Shown in pieces: positions 19,092 to 28,754 of a stretch of 64,000 nucleotides of DNA (position 1 is the first letter of the stretch; each line of letters opens with the position of its first letter). The translations under genes were made by a program, and so were the position numbers. The stretch covers positions 3,053 to 67,052 of the forward strand of contig CAIXGR010000043.1 in assembly GCA_903919075.1 (NCBI GenBank), written 5' to 3'. The notes beneath the pieces are model-generated. The model searched no databases and was not told the DNA's origin. It saw nothing but the letters and a program-made list of their open reading frames with translations. The DNA is from an uncultured Bacteroidota bacterium. GTDB lineage: Bacteria > Bacteroidota > Bacteroidia > Chitinophagales > LD1.

Positions 19092-19979
19092 CTACCTAAA
19101 AGCGCTCCACTGCTTTACAAACCCATACAAATTAAAATTAACCTCATTGATTTTCTTTTCAAGATCAAGGCGCATTGCTTTTTTATCAAACCCTTTCATC
19201 CGATTTTTTGAGATAATGCGCAATGCTTTTTCAGTAAGCAGTAATAATTTTCGTTCTTTATTTTTTTCCGTGTTGTGTTGTTTCATTATTTCATCGAGCA
19301 ATTCTTTCACACCTTTCGATTCAACGGCAACAGTTTTTACAATCGGCATATCTGCCTTTCCGCTTATTTGCAATTGTAATTGTAGCGAGTTCATTAAAGC
19401 ATCGGCATCGGCCCTATCCGCTTTATTCACCACAAAAATATCGGCAACTTCCATCAGACCCGCTTTCATAGCCTGCACCGAATCGCCTGATTCGGGAACC
19501 AGCACTACCACTGTGGTATCGGCAAGGCCGGCAATTTCAACCTCGCTTTGCCCCACACCAACTGTTTCAACAAAAATATAATCGAAGGCGTAAGCGCGCA
19601 TCACTTCGGCAACCTCCATTATTTTATCGCTCAATCCACCCAGCGAACCGCGGGTTGCCACCGAGCGAATAAAAATATCTTTATTGTCAAAGTGGGCACT
19701 CATCCGCAGGCGGTCGCCTAGCAGCGCACCCAGATTAAAGGGCGATGAAGGGTCAACCAAAACCAATCCTATCTTTTTATTTTCCTCCAATAAAAGGCCT
19801 ATCACGGCGTTTAAAAGCGTGCTTTTGCCAGCCCCCGGCGGCCCGGTAAAGCCAATAACCGGAATATTGCGCGGCTGCAATTGCTGCAATGTTTCTTCAA
19901 AACCCTGGGCCTCGTTTTCAACTATTGAAATGGTGCGCGCTAAAGTTTTAAAATCAGTAATAGAAATATTATTTGACAA
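19092..19979 (-). CDS. meaB: Methylmalonyl-CoA mutase-associated GTPase MeaB / ArgK family
   Basis: P-loop GFTGPPGAGKSTL, ETVGVGQSE and VVNKADR motifs; 295 aa. Confidence 0.82.
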   Translation of the reverse strand: MSNNISITDFKTLARTISIVENEAQGFEETLQQLQPRNIPVIGFTGPPGAGKSTLLNAVIGLLLEENKKIGLVLVDPSSPFNLGALLGDRLRMSAHFDNKDIFIRSVATRGSLGGLSDKIMEVAEVMRAYAFDYIFVETVGVGQSEVEIAGLADTTVVVLVPESGDSVQAMKAGLMEVADIFVVNKADRADADALMNSLQLQLQISGKADMPIVKTVAVESKGVKELLDEIMKQHNTEKNKERKLLLLTEKALRIISKNRMKGFDKKAMRLDLEKKINEVNFNLYGFVKQWSAFR

Positions 19980-20057
19980 GAGTTTTATGTTTGTGCACTA
20001 AAAATAGGATTTGTTAGGGTTACTACAAATTAACTTTATTCGTATCTTGAATTTACA

Positions 20058-21302
20058 TTGAATAAAAAAACAAATACCGCCCCGTTACTATCCGAAGAAA
20101 ACACGCAATGGATAATTGTGCTTTGCTGCCAGTTGGTCTTTATTGGCTTCGTGTGCTCCAGGGTATTAGCCAGTGTTGGCATGATTGGGATGGTGGCAAG
20201 CACGTTAATATATTACCGTGTCGAAGCTTTCAAAAAATATTTTCAGTCGAAAGAATTACTTATCCTCTCTCTCTTTTTTTGGATCGCCTTTTTGTCGGGT
20301 GTATATTCCGATGATAAAAGCTACTGGTTAAATTGGGTGCGTATTCGAATTCCATTTCTTGTTTTACCACTTGCCTTTGCACCACTAAAAAAACTGGATG
20401 ATAAAAAGCTGATACTTATTCTTTATAGCTTTATACTTACCCTTTTAATTAGCACAACTGCTGTTCTTATTAATTACCGGTTGCATTACGACGCTATCAA
20501 TGATTCGTTTACAAGGGGTGGAACGATACCGATGCCCTACAGCCATATTCGATATACATTAATGTTGGCTTTTTCTTTTTTCTGTAGCATTTATTTATTC
20601 GAGAAAAAATATTTCTTGTTCAATAAAAACGAGAAGTGGCTGCAAGTAACTTGCGCTGCTTTTGCATTTATTGCGCTTCATGTGTTATTAGTTAGAAGCG
20701 GCCTTCTGGCGCTGTATCTTGGATTGGCCTACATAGCACTACGTGGATTGACACGAAGAAAAAAACCGGTGCGAAGTGCTCTAATTATAGCACTTCTTAT
20801 TGCCACTCCATTTATTGCCTTCCGTTCAATACCGGGTTTGCAAAACAAGTTGGAATATATCCGGTACGATTTGGAGCAATACCAAAAGGGTGATATCAAT
20901 GAATATTCCGACGCCATGCGTATTCTATCTATGAAAATGGGTGTTGAGCTTTGGCAAAAAAATTTATGGTTAGGTGTTGGCCCTGGCGATTTGAAAATTG
21001 AAATGGATAAAATTTATGCCGCCGACTACCCTCAAATTTCGGAAGCTAATCGCAGGTTGCCTCATAATCAATTTATATGGGCGCTGGCTACTACAGGCAT
21101 AGTTGGTTTTACGCTTTTTCTTTTTGCATTTTTTTATCCGCTTATAATTATGAGGCACTATAGGCATTGGTTATTGCTAGTGTTATACATAGTTATATTC
21201 TCCTCGTTTTTTACCGAAGATACTTTTGAGGAACAAATAGGCGCAGGTTTTTACATTATCTTTCTGCTTTTATTGTTGAACCATTTAAAGCACGATGAGT
21301 AA
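20058..21302 (+). CDS. O-antigen ligase (Wzy_C) family membrane protein
   Basis: 414-aa polytopic ORF with an O-antigen-ligase-like loop (LPHNQFIWALATTGIVGF). The TTG start is uncertain. Confidence 0.68.
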   Translation: MNKKTNTAPLLSEENTQWIIVLCCQLVFIGFVCSRVLASVGMIGMVASTLIYYRVEAFKKYFQSKELLILSLFFWIAFLSGVYSDDKSYWLNWVRIRIPFLVLPLAFAPLKKLDDKKLILILYSFILTLLISTTAVLINYRLHYDAINDSFTRGGTIPMPYSHIRYTLMLAFSFFCSIYLFEKKYFLFNKNEKWLQVTCAAFAFIALHVLLVRSGLLALYLGLAYIALRGLTRRKKPVRSALIIALLIATPFIAFRSIPGLQNKLEYIRYDLEQYQKGDINEYSDAMRILSMKMGVELWQKNLWLGVGPGDLKIEMDKIYAADYPQISEANRRLPHNQFIWALATTGIVGFTLFLFAFFYPLIIMRHYRHWLLLVLYIVIFSSFFTEDTFEEQIGAGFYIIFLLLLLNHLKHDE

Positions 21303-22059
21303 GCTATCGGCAGTTATTATCACTCTTAATGAAGAAGAAAACATCGGCCGGTGCATTGATTCTGTGAAGGAACTTGCTGATGAGGTAGTGGTAGTAGATT
21401 CTCTTTCTACTGATAGAACAAAAGAAATTGCCCTATCGAAAAATGCGAAATTTATTGAACGTGCTTTTACCAACTATATCGACCAAAAAAACTTCGCTCT
21501 TACGCAGGCAAGTAACAATTACGTTTTAAATTTAGATGCCGATGAATGTTTAAGCGAAGAGTTGCAAAAAAATATTCATTCCGCTAAAGAAGCAGGGTTT
21601 ACTTCAGATGCATATTCCATGAACCGGTTAAATTTTTATTGCGACAAGCCCATTAAAACCTGTGGCTGGTACCCGGATAAAAAAATCAGGTTATGGAACA
21701 AAACAAAGGGCAAATGGGAAGGCGAGCTGGTGCATGAAAAATTAGTAATGAGCGCCGGTAGCTCTGTAGCACATCTTAAAGGAGACATACTGCACTACTC
21801 ATATCCAACACATCAATCGCTAATCAAACAATCAGAACGTTTTGCTGAACTTGCCGCGAGAGAACTAAAAAAGCAGCCACTAATTTTCTTGTTATTTAAA
21901 TTAAGTTTCAGCTCGCGTTTTAAATTTATCAGAAATTATTTTTTCAAGCTCGGATTTACGGATGGCTCAGCAGGTCTTGAAATTTGTTTATGCCAAAGCC
22001 GCGAGGTTTTTATTAAATATTTTAGGGCTATTGAATTAAAACGCAACACCGGTAAGTAA
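21295..22059 (+). CDS. Family 2 glycosyltransferase
   Basis: The N-terminus reads LSAVIITLNEEENIGRCIDSV, VVVDSLSTDRT, and a DAD motif is present (LNLDADE). It overlaps the upstream gene by 8 nt. Confidence 0.85.
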   Translation: MSKLSAVIITLNEEENIGRCIDSVKELADEVVVVDSLSTDRTKEIALSKNAKFIERAFTNYIDQKNFALTQASNNYVLNLDADECLSEELQKNIHSAKEAGFTSDAYSMNRLNFYCDKPIKTCGWYPDKKIRLWNKTKGKWEGELVHEKLVMSAGSSVAHLKGDILHYSYPTHQSLIKQSERFAELAARELKKQPLIFLLFKLSFSSRFKFIRNYFFKLGFTDGSAGLEICLCQSREVFIKYFRAIELKRNTGK

Positions 22060-22062
22060 TAA

Positions 22063-23184
22063 ATGAAAATTGCATTCGACGCTAAACGTGCTTTAAATAA
22101 TGCCACCGGCTTGGGCAACCATGCACGCATTTTATTAAATGCATTAATGCGCGATTTTCCCGAAAATGAATATTTCTTTTTTACCCCAAAAGCAAAAGAT
22201 GAATTCTTTCATCAACTACATGGCAGCTTCAAAATATTTTTTCCCGAAACAAAACTTCAAAAATCTTTTCATCCGCTCTGGCGCTCATTTGGAATAAAAA
22301 GCCAATTAAGTGAAACCAGAATAGACATTTATCACGGCCTTAGCAATGAAATTCCATTTGGCATTAAAGGCTCAGACTTCAGAACTGTAGTTACAATCCA
22401 CGATTTAATTTTTTTAAAACACACCGAACAATACCCTTGGACAGACCGGCAGTTTTACACCCTCAAAACAAAATATGCCGCCAAGCGTGCCGATAAAATT
22501 ATTGCTGTAAGCCACGAAACAAAAAACGATTTAATAGAAATTTACGGGGTGCCTGAAAAGAAAATTGAGGTGGTGTACCCGAGTGTAGATATAAGTTTTC
22601 AAGCGGATATTACTAACACGCAACTTCCATCGAAATATAATTTGCCCCCAAAATATATCTTAAATGTAGGCTCTTTTTTCCCCAGAAAAAACCAGACTAA
22701 TTTAATTGAAGCATATTCCTTAATTGCAAACCAGATTGAAGAAGGTTTAGTGCTGATTGGCAGCAATGGAAGAATGAAAGAAGAAATTCTAAAATTAATT
22801 CATGCAAAAAAATTGGAACATAGAATAGAAATACTCTCCGGTGTAAGTAATGAAGATTTACCTGCTATTTATCGTAACGCAAGCGTCTTTGTGTTCCCCA
22901 GTTTATTCGAAGGTTTTGGTGCCCCGGTACTGGAGGCCCTCTTTTCAAAAACACCGGTTATTGCTACCGGTGGTGGTGCAATTGAAGAAGCTGCTGGAAA
23001 AAACTCATTGTTCATTAATCCTCGCTCTGCCGAGGATATTGCCGATAAAGTTTTAAAGGTATTGAACAACGAATCTCTTCGCCAACAAATGATTGATGCC
23101 GGCTATAGTCATGCACAAACCATGACAGATACAGTCTTCGCAAAAAAAGTAATGAATATTTATAATGAAGTTTGTTCCGTTTAA
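22063..23184 (+). CDS. Family 4 (GT-B, group 1) glycosyltransferase
   Basis: The C-terminal region VFVFPSLFEGFGAPVLEAL is typical of GT4 enzymes. Confidence 0.85.
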   Translation: MKIAFDAKRALNNATGLGNHARILLNALMRDFPENEYFFFTPKAKDEFFHQLHGSFKIFFPETKLQKSFHPLWRSFGIKSQLSETRIDIYHGLSNEIPFGIKGSDFRTVVTIHDLIFLKHTEQYPWTDRQFYTLKTKYAAKRADKIIAVSHETKNDLIEIYGVPEKKIEVVYPSVDISFQADITNTQLPSKYNLPPKYILNVGSFFPRKNQTNLIEAYSLIANQIEEGLVLIGSNGRMKEEILKLIHAKKLEHRIEILSGVSNEDLPAIYRNASVFVFPSLFEGFGAPVLEALFSKTPVIATGGGAIEEAAGKNSLFINPRSAEDIADKVLKVLNNESLRQQMIDAGYSHAQTMTDTVFAKKVMNIYNEVCSV

Positions 23185-23215
23185 ACATTTAGCCCTTTAA
23201 ACGTTTAGCCTTCCA

Positions 23216-23452
23216 TTAATTTTCCTGTAAATGTTCGTTCTTGCAACTGTATTGCATGATAATGCGCACTGAGGTTGCGCTGGGGCTTTTCATTTTGCCG
23301 TTAAGCATTCTCTTTACTTTTATAACATTCATGTATTCTTCGTAAAGAGTTGAGTTTTCTGAAAACTCTTTTTCAATAGTTTCCCTTTGCGCCTGGCTGG
23401 TTTCGCCATAGGCGTGAATAAGAACAAGTTGAGATGTAGAAGTCTGTTTCAT
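23216..23452 (-). CDS. Small hypothetical protein downstream of the ECF sigma factor gene
   Basis: 78-aa ORF. A terminator separates it from the sigma gene. Its function is unknown. Confidence 0.4.
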   Translation of the reverse strand: MKQTSTSQLVLIHAYGETSQAQRETIEKEFSENSTLYEEYMNVIKVKRMLNGKMKSPSATSVRIIMQYSCKNEHLQEN

Positions 23453-23560
23453 TTTTTTTGATTTTATGTTTTTGTTTTACGTTTTTACACATTATAAACG
23501 CACCTGCGAAATATTATTGCATACGCGCCTACGAAATTTTACTGCTTTTAACACTACAAT

Positions 23561-23590
23561 AAAAAACCGCCCCGGGAAGGCCCGGGGCGG
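23561..23590 (-). terminator. Rho-independent terminator of the sigma factor gene
   Basis: GC-rich 10-bp stem, ccgccccggg (23567..23576) with cccggggcgg (23581..23590), and loop aagg. A T6 run follows on the minus strand (A6 at 23561..23566). Confidence 0.8.
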
Positions 23591-23658
23591 TAGTAATCCA
23601 ACTAAAACTAAACCTTGTATTTAACCGAAAACGTTTGTATTAGCCTTGTTTGTTATGC

Positions 23659-24249
23659 TTACAAGGGCTTGAAAACCATATTATTTTCTTCCATCATTTT
23701 ACGCAGGTTAATCAGCGCATACCGCATACGGCCCAAACAGGTATTAATTGGCGAATGGGTATATTCTGAAACCTCCTTAAAACTGAAGTTGAAAAAGTGG
23801 CGAAGTATAACCACCTCTTTTTGCTCTTCAGGCAATTGCTCGATTAATTCTTTCAGCTTGCCTTCAAATTTTTCCAATTGAACGTGCTCTTCAATTGGCG
23901 TTTCATCAAACTTCATGTATTTAAAAATATCATCGCCTTCGCTGGTCACAATTCCCGGCAACCTTTTCAGCTTTCTGAAATGGTCGATACAAAGGTTGTA
24001 GGCAATACGTGCCACCCATGGAGCATATTTTCCTTCCTCATTATATTTCCCAGCCCGTAATGTATCAATGGCCTTAATAAAAGTCTCCTGAAAGATGTCC
24101 TCAGCCAGGTATTGATCTTTTACCATTAAGTAAATGGATGTGTAAATTTTGTCCTTGTGGCGCTCTATAAGCCTTTCAAGGGCAATCTCGTTTCCTGCGA
24201 TGTACTGGTCCACCAGTTCCTGATCGCTCATTACTTGTTGAGTGCGCAT
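23659..24249 (-). CDS. RNA polymerase sigma-70 family (ECF-type) sigma factor
   Basis: 196 aa with region 2 (DIFQETFIKA, IAYNLCIDHFR) and region 4 (VVILRHFFNFSFKEVSEY). Confidence 0.85.
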   Translation of the reverse strand: MRTQQVMSDQELVDQYIAGNEIALERLIERHKDKIYTSIYLMVKDQYLAEDIFQETFIKAIDTLRAGKYNEEGKYAPWVARIAYNLCIDHFRKLKRLPGIVTSEGDDIFKYMKFDETPIEEHVQLEKFEGKLKELIEQLPEEQKEVVILRHFFNFSFKEVSEYTHSPINTCLGRMRYALINLRKMMEENNMVFKPL

Positions 24250-24451
24250 AACGTTACGTTTTTAGTTAGAAAATAAAAAAACGTAGAGTCTCTGAATAGG
24301 CTGAACTTTTTAGTTAATGTTAATGTTACAAAAGATGTACCGTTACGGCTTATGTTCAACGTTAGTTGAACAAACAGATACAAATGCACTAATTAGAGTA
24401 GCGTGATGCGATAGGATGATGTTTAAATAGAAATTATTAGCCTTGAAAACT

Positions 24452-24459
24452 TATTTTTG
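24452..24459 (+). promoter_or_regulatory. Candidate -7 box TATTTTTG upstream of uvrA
   Basis: Matches TAnnTTTG, 83 nt upstream of the uvrA start. Confidence 0.25.
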
Positions 24460-24541
24460 CAATTCTTTTAAAAAATAAAAGGTAGAGGATAATTGCTATA
24501 GGCTTTTTTTATTATTGTATACCAAAGTTAAATAAATATAA

Positions 24542-27349
24542 TTGAACTTTCCAAATAAATCTTCCCTTTCCGAAAAAAAGATTTCAATCAAAGGCGCCCG
24601 CGTTCATAATTTAAAGAATGTTGACGTGGAACTGCCTAAAAACAAGTTCATTGTAATAACAGGCGTTTCCGGCTCGGGCAAATCTTCGCTTACCATTGAC
24701 ACGCTTTACGCCGAAGGACAACGGAGATATGTTGAATCTCTTTCCTCCTATGCCCGCCAGTTTCTTACCCGCATGGATAAGCCTGATGTGGACTATATCA
24801 AAGGTTTATGCCCTGCTATTGCTATTGAACAAAAAGTATCTACAAGAACAACGCGCTCCACCGTGGGGTCGCTAACAGAGATATACGATTATTTGAGGCT
24901 TTTGTTCGCCAGGGCGGGTAGAACTTACTCCCCAATTTCCGGAGAATTGGTAATAAAGCATGAAGTGAAGGATGTGGTTGACTTTATCTTCAAAAAAACC
25001 GATGGAACTAAGGTTTTTATCTATTTTGAGGAGAAAATTGGCAAAAACTTGGCTGAAACCCTCAAATTATTGCTTCAAAAGGGGTTTACCAGGGTAAAAA
25101 TTAAAGACGAAGTAGCCAAAATTGAGGAACTACTTGAAAATAAGGCCGTTCTGAAGCAAAAAGTGGAGAAAATTGCCGTTTTGGTTGACCGCTTGGTGGT
25201 AAAAAGTAATGATGATGATTTAAAGTCGCGCGCTGCCGACTCTGTTCAAACTGCTTTTAGCGAGGGCCATGGTGAATGTATCATAGCACTTTCAATAGAA
25301 AGCGAAAAAGAAATGGAGCACCGTTTCTCGAATAAGTTCGAAGCCGATGGAATTTCGTTTGAAGAACCAACTCCTAATTTTTTCAATTTCAATAATCCGT
25401 ACGGTGCCTGCAAAACGTGCGAAGGCTTTGGAACTGTAATTGGTTTAGATGAAGATTTAGTTTTTCCTGATAAAGAACTTTCAGTATACGAAGGAGCCAT
25501 TGCACCTTGGCGTGGTGAGAAAATGAGCGAGTGGGCAGAGCCATTAATTAAAAAAGGAATCCTGTTCGATTTTCCCATACACCGGGCGTACAAAGATTTA
25601 ACGGCGAAAGAAAAGAAACTACTTTGGACCGGTAACGAATATTTCAACGGCCTCGAAGATTTTTTCAGATACCTGGAAGAGAAAAGCTACAAAATTCAAT
25701 ACCGGGTTATGGCAAGCCGCTTTCGTGGTAAAACAACCTGTCCCGATTGTCATGGATCGCGCGTGCGGCCCGATGCGCAGTATGTAAAGGTGGCCGATAA
25801 AAATATTTCGGAATTACTGCTTACGCCCATTAAAGACTTACATACCTTTTTTCTTAATATAAAACTTTCTGCTTCCGAAACTAAAATTGCAGAGCGCATT
25901 TTGCTCGAAGTAAAAGGCCGCCTTCAAACCATGATGGATGTGGGCTTGGGTTATCTTACCCTCAATCGTTTGTCCAACACCCTATCCGGTGGCGAAACAC
26001 AGCGCATTAATTTAACGCGCTCTATTGGCAGCAACCTTACTTCATCGTTATATATTTTAGATGAGCCCAGCATTGGCTTACATCAGCGCGATACAGCACG
26101 TTTGATTAAAGTGCTAAAAAATTTGCGCAACCTTGGCAACACCGTTGTTATTGTTGAGCATGATGAAGATATTATGAAATCGAGCGACCATATAGTGGAT
26201 ATGGGGCCTGAGGCCGGAATTTTTGGCGGCGAGGTAATGTATAACGGCACTGCAAAAGATATTTTGAATGCCGATACCCTTACAGCAAAATATTTAAATG
26301 GCGAACTGGAAATTCCTTTCAGCAAAAAAAGAAGGAAGCCATCTAACTGGTTAGAGATAACCGGTGCCTCGCAACACAACCTTAAAAACATTAATGTAAA
26401 AATTCCGCTGGGTGCGCTTACTGTAGTTAGTGGGGTAAGTGGCTCGGGTAAAACTACTTTAATTAAAAAAATATTATACCCGGTACTATTGCGCCGCTTT
26501 GATGGCACCGGCGAAAAACCCGGAGCGTTTAAAGAAGTTTTTGGCGATTTGAATCGCATTACGGCTATTGAGATGATTGACCAAAATCCGTTAGGCCGTA
26601 GTTCGCGTTCTAACCCTATTACTTATGTTAAGGCATACGACAACATTCGTGATTTATTTTCGAAACAACAGCTTTCGAAAATACGCGGTTACCTGCCTAA
26701 AGACTTTTCGTTTAACGTAGAGGGCGGGCGTTGCGAGACCTGCAAAGGCGAAGGCGAAGTAATTGTAGAGATGCAGTTTTTGGCCGACGTGCATTTAAAA
26801 TGCGAAACCTGTAATGGTAAAAAATTTAAAGAAGAAGTTTTAGAAGTTCAATACAACGGCAAAAATATTTACGAAATACTGGAGTTGAGTGTTGATGAAG
26901 CCATTGATTTTTTCAAAGAAAATACCGACATCATTCAAAAAATAAACCCGTTGCGTAATGTGGGTTTGGGCTATGTAAAGCTTGGGCAGTCAAGTTCCAC
27001 ATTAAGTGGTGGCGAGGCACAGAGGGTAAAGCTGGCATCTTTCCTTACTAAAGGCACTGCCCCTAATCCTATACTTTTTATTTTTGATGAACCCACCACC
27101 GGTTTGCACTTTCACGACATCAACAAATTAATTTCTTCCTTCAATCAACTCATCGAAGCCGGCCACTCAGTAATTGTTATTGAGCATAACATGGACGTAA
27201 TAAAATGCGCCGACTGGCTGGTTGACCTGGGCCCAGAAGGCGGCGATGAAGGTGGCTTTTTAGTTTACCAGGGCCCACCGGAGGGAATTATTAATGTGAA
27301 AAATTCTTATACGGCGGAGTATTTGGCGCCTAAATTGAATGGAAATTAA
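24542..27349 (+). CDS. uvrA: Excinuclease ABC subunit A
   Basis: 935 aa with two ABC modules (GVSGSGKSSL and GVSGSGKTTL), LSGGE signatures and zinc-finger CxxC pairs. Confidence 0.97.
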   Translation: MNFPNKSSLSEKKISIKGARVHNLKNVDVELPKNKFIVITGVSGSGKSSLTIDTLYAEGQRRYVESLSSYARQFLTRMDKPDVDYIKGLCPAIAIEQKVSTRTTRSTVGSLTEIYDYLRLLFARAGRTYSPISGELVIKHEVKDVVDFIFKKTDGTKVFIYFEEKIGKNLAETLKLLLQKGFTRVKIKDEVAKIEELLENKAVLKQKVEKIAVLVDRLVVKSNDDDLKSRAADSVQTAFSEGHGECIIALSIESEKEMEHRFSNKFEADGISFEEPTPNFFNFNNPYGACKTCEGFGTVIGLDEDLVFPDKELSVYEGAIAPWRGEKMSEWAEPLIKKGILFDFPIHRAYKDLTAKEKKLLWTGNEYFNGLEDFFRYLEEKSYKIQYRVMASRFRGKTTCPDCHGSRVRPDAQYVKVADKNISELLLTPIKDLHTFFLNIKLSASETKIAERILLEVKGRLQTMMDVGLGYLTLNRLSNTLSGGETQRINLTRSIGSNLTSSLYILDEPSIGLHQRDTARLIKVLKNLRNLGNTVVIVEHDEDIMKSSDHIVDMGPEAGIFGGEVMYNGTAKDILNADTLTAKYLNGELEIPFSKKRRKPSNWLEITGASQHNLKNINVKIPLGALTVVSGVSGSGKTTLIKKILYPVLLRRFDGTGEKPGAFKEVFGDLNRITAIEMIDQNPLGRSSRSNPITYVKAYDNIRDLFSKQQLSKIRGYLPKDFSFNVEGGRCETCKGEGEVIVEMQFLADVHLKCETCNGKKFKEEVLEVQYNGKNIYEILELSVDEAIDFFKENTDIIQKINPLRNVGLGYVKLGQSSSTLSGGEAQRVKLASFLTKGTAPNPILFIFDEPTTGLHFHDINKLISSFNQLIEAGHSVIVIEHNMDVIKCADWLVDLGPEGGDEGGFLVYQGPPEGIINVKNSYTAEYLAPKLNGN

Positions 27350-27451
27350 TTAGATGTCATTGCGAAGGCTTTTCCAAAAAAATCAATTAGAATAAAGGCT
27401 GTGGCAATCTTCGATTTTGTACCTACGTATACATTACCTTAAAGTGGGAAG

Positions 27452-28639
27452 CTAAAGATTTTCGCGTCCAGCTGTTCTTCTTTTTAGCGCAATTTCTTTC
27501 AAATGTATTTTCAATTTCCCAATATAAAGATCACGAAGTAATTCTTTCCCTGTATTTAATTTAGTCGAAATAAAATTCAACATTTCGCTTGTTGCCTTAC
27601 TATTTAGCAGCGGCTTAATATCATCATTTTCAAGAAACCCGTTGCCGTATTTATCAATCATTAAAGCTACAGTGAAGCTGGCCAAGGGGTAATAATAAAA
27701 GCCATAATTGAATCCATTAATGTACTTATAGTTTACAATGTTGTAAAAAATTGAGTCGGAATTACTGCGTTCAAGAATACCCAAAAGTTTTTCCCAGTCG
27801 CATTTGTTATCGCATATACTTGAAGAGCCTCCTCGATAACTGGCGAAGCCCTCATTTAAAAATGGAGATTTTAATTTTCCAGCAGTTACAAAATGTGTTA
27901 GTTCATGTTTATAAAACCCTTTTCCCTTTTGATCGAAGATGACGTATTTCTTGCCGAACGAAGCAACCCGTCCTTGGGCGCTTATTATATAATCGTCTAT
28001 ACCTAGGGCTGTATAAGGACTATTGCCTTTTGAATAATGAAGATAAAACAAACTATCGGTGGTGCTATATGGTATTGAAAACTGCGCCGCTGTTTGATTG
28101 ATATATCGAAATATTTTAGGTAGGTTTTTTTTGTTCTCAACATTCGAAAAGATATTACTATGTCGGTACCGCACAAAATCTGAACGGCTGCTTTCGCTAA
28201 AAAATGTTTTGAACTTTATAGTTTTACTATTCAGTATAAAAGGCAAATTGACAAACCCTAGAAGCCCCGAAGTGTTATAATCCGGAAGTTTGTAATACAA
28301 AGCACATTTAAGATAATAGGTGTCTTTTCGCTTTTCAATGTTGTATAGATTTAGCTCGCACATGTTCTTATTGTAAACAAAAATAATTTCGCGAACCGAG
28401 GCATAATAACCGGTATCCTCTGGGTGAAGCAAAATCCTGCCGAGAGAATCGTAGCTGCCAAAAAAAATCGTCCTGGCGTAATTCTGTAACAGAGAGTCGT
28501 TAAGCAAGGTGTCTTTCATCAAATAATTACCATATAATATATCGCAGGTAGTTACTTTTTGCGCTTGGCTAGGTTGGCTAAGGCCAAATAGTAATAAGAA
28601 TATAGAGAACAGGCAGTGTTTACCGCTATAGCTATACAT
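27452..28639 (-). CDS. Secreted zinc metallopeptidase, M1-like gluzincin motif
   Basis: Contains HELTHFVTAGKLKSPFLNEGFASY (HExxH, then NEGFASY). The ATG at 28639 precedes the signal peptide MYSYSGKHCLFSIFLLLFGLSQPSQAQ. Confidence 0.6.
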   Translation of the reverse strand: MYSYSGKHCLFSIFLLLFGLSQPSQAQKVTTCDILYGNYLMKDTLLNDSLLQNYARTIFFGSYDSLGRILLHPEDTGYYASVREIIFVYNKNMCELNLYNIEKRKDTYYLKCALYYKLPDYNTSGLLGFVNLPFILNSKTIKFKTFFSESSRSDFVRYRHSNIFSNVENKKNLPKIFRYINQTAAQFSIPYSTTDSLFYLHYSKGNSPYTALGIDDYIISAQGRVASFGKKYVIFDQKGKGFYKHELTHFVTAGKLKSPFLNEGFASYRGGSSSICDNKCDWEKLLGILERSNSDSIFYNIVNYKYINGFNYGFYYYPLASFTVALMIDKYGNGFLENDDIKPLLNSKATSEMLNFISTKLNTGKELLRDLYIGKLKIHLKEIALKRRTAGRENL

Positions 28640-28754
28640 GTTTAATTTACTTTTAGACGCGGATTTACTTGGCTGTGCTTCCGCCAATATTTTCTCAATC
28701 CTTTCATTAAATTTACCCTCATTCTCAGCTAAGCTATAAAACATTACTGGTTAC

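Noticed and set aside
19048-20001. ORFs 19048..19581 (+, 177 aa) and 19684..20001 (+, 105 aa).
   Set aside because: They are antisense to the well-supported meaB gene (P-loop GTPase motifs on the minus strand), and no motif is recognisable in them.
25246-26559. Minus-strand ORFs 25246..25647 and 26083..26559.
   Set aside because: They lie inside uvrA on the opposite strand and are shadow ORFs.
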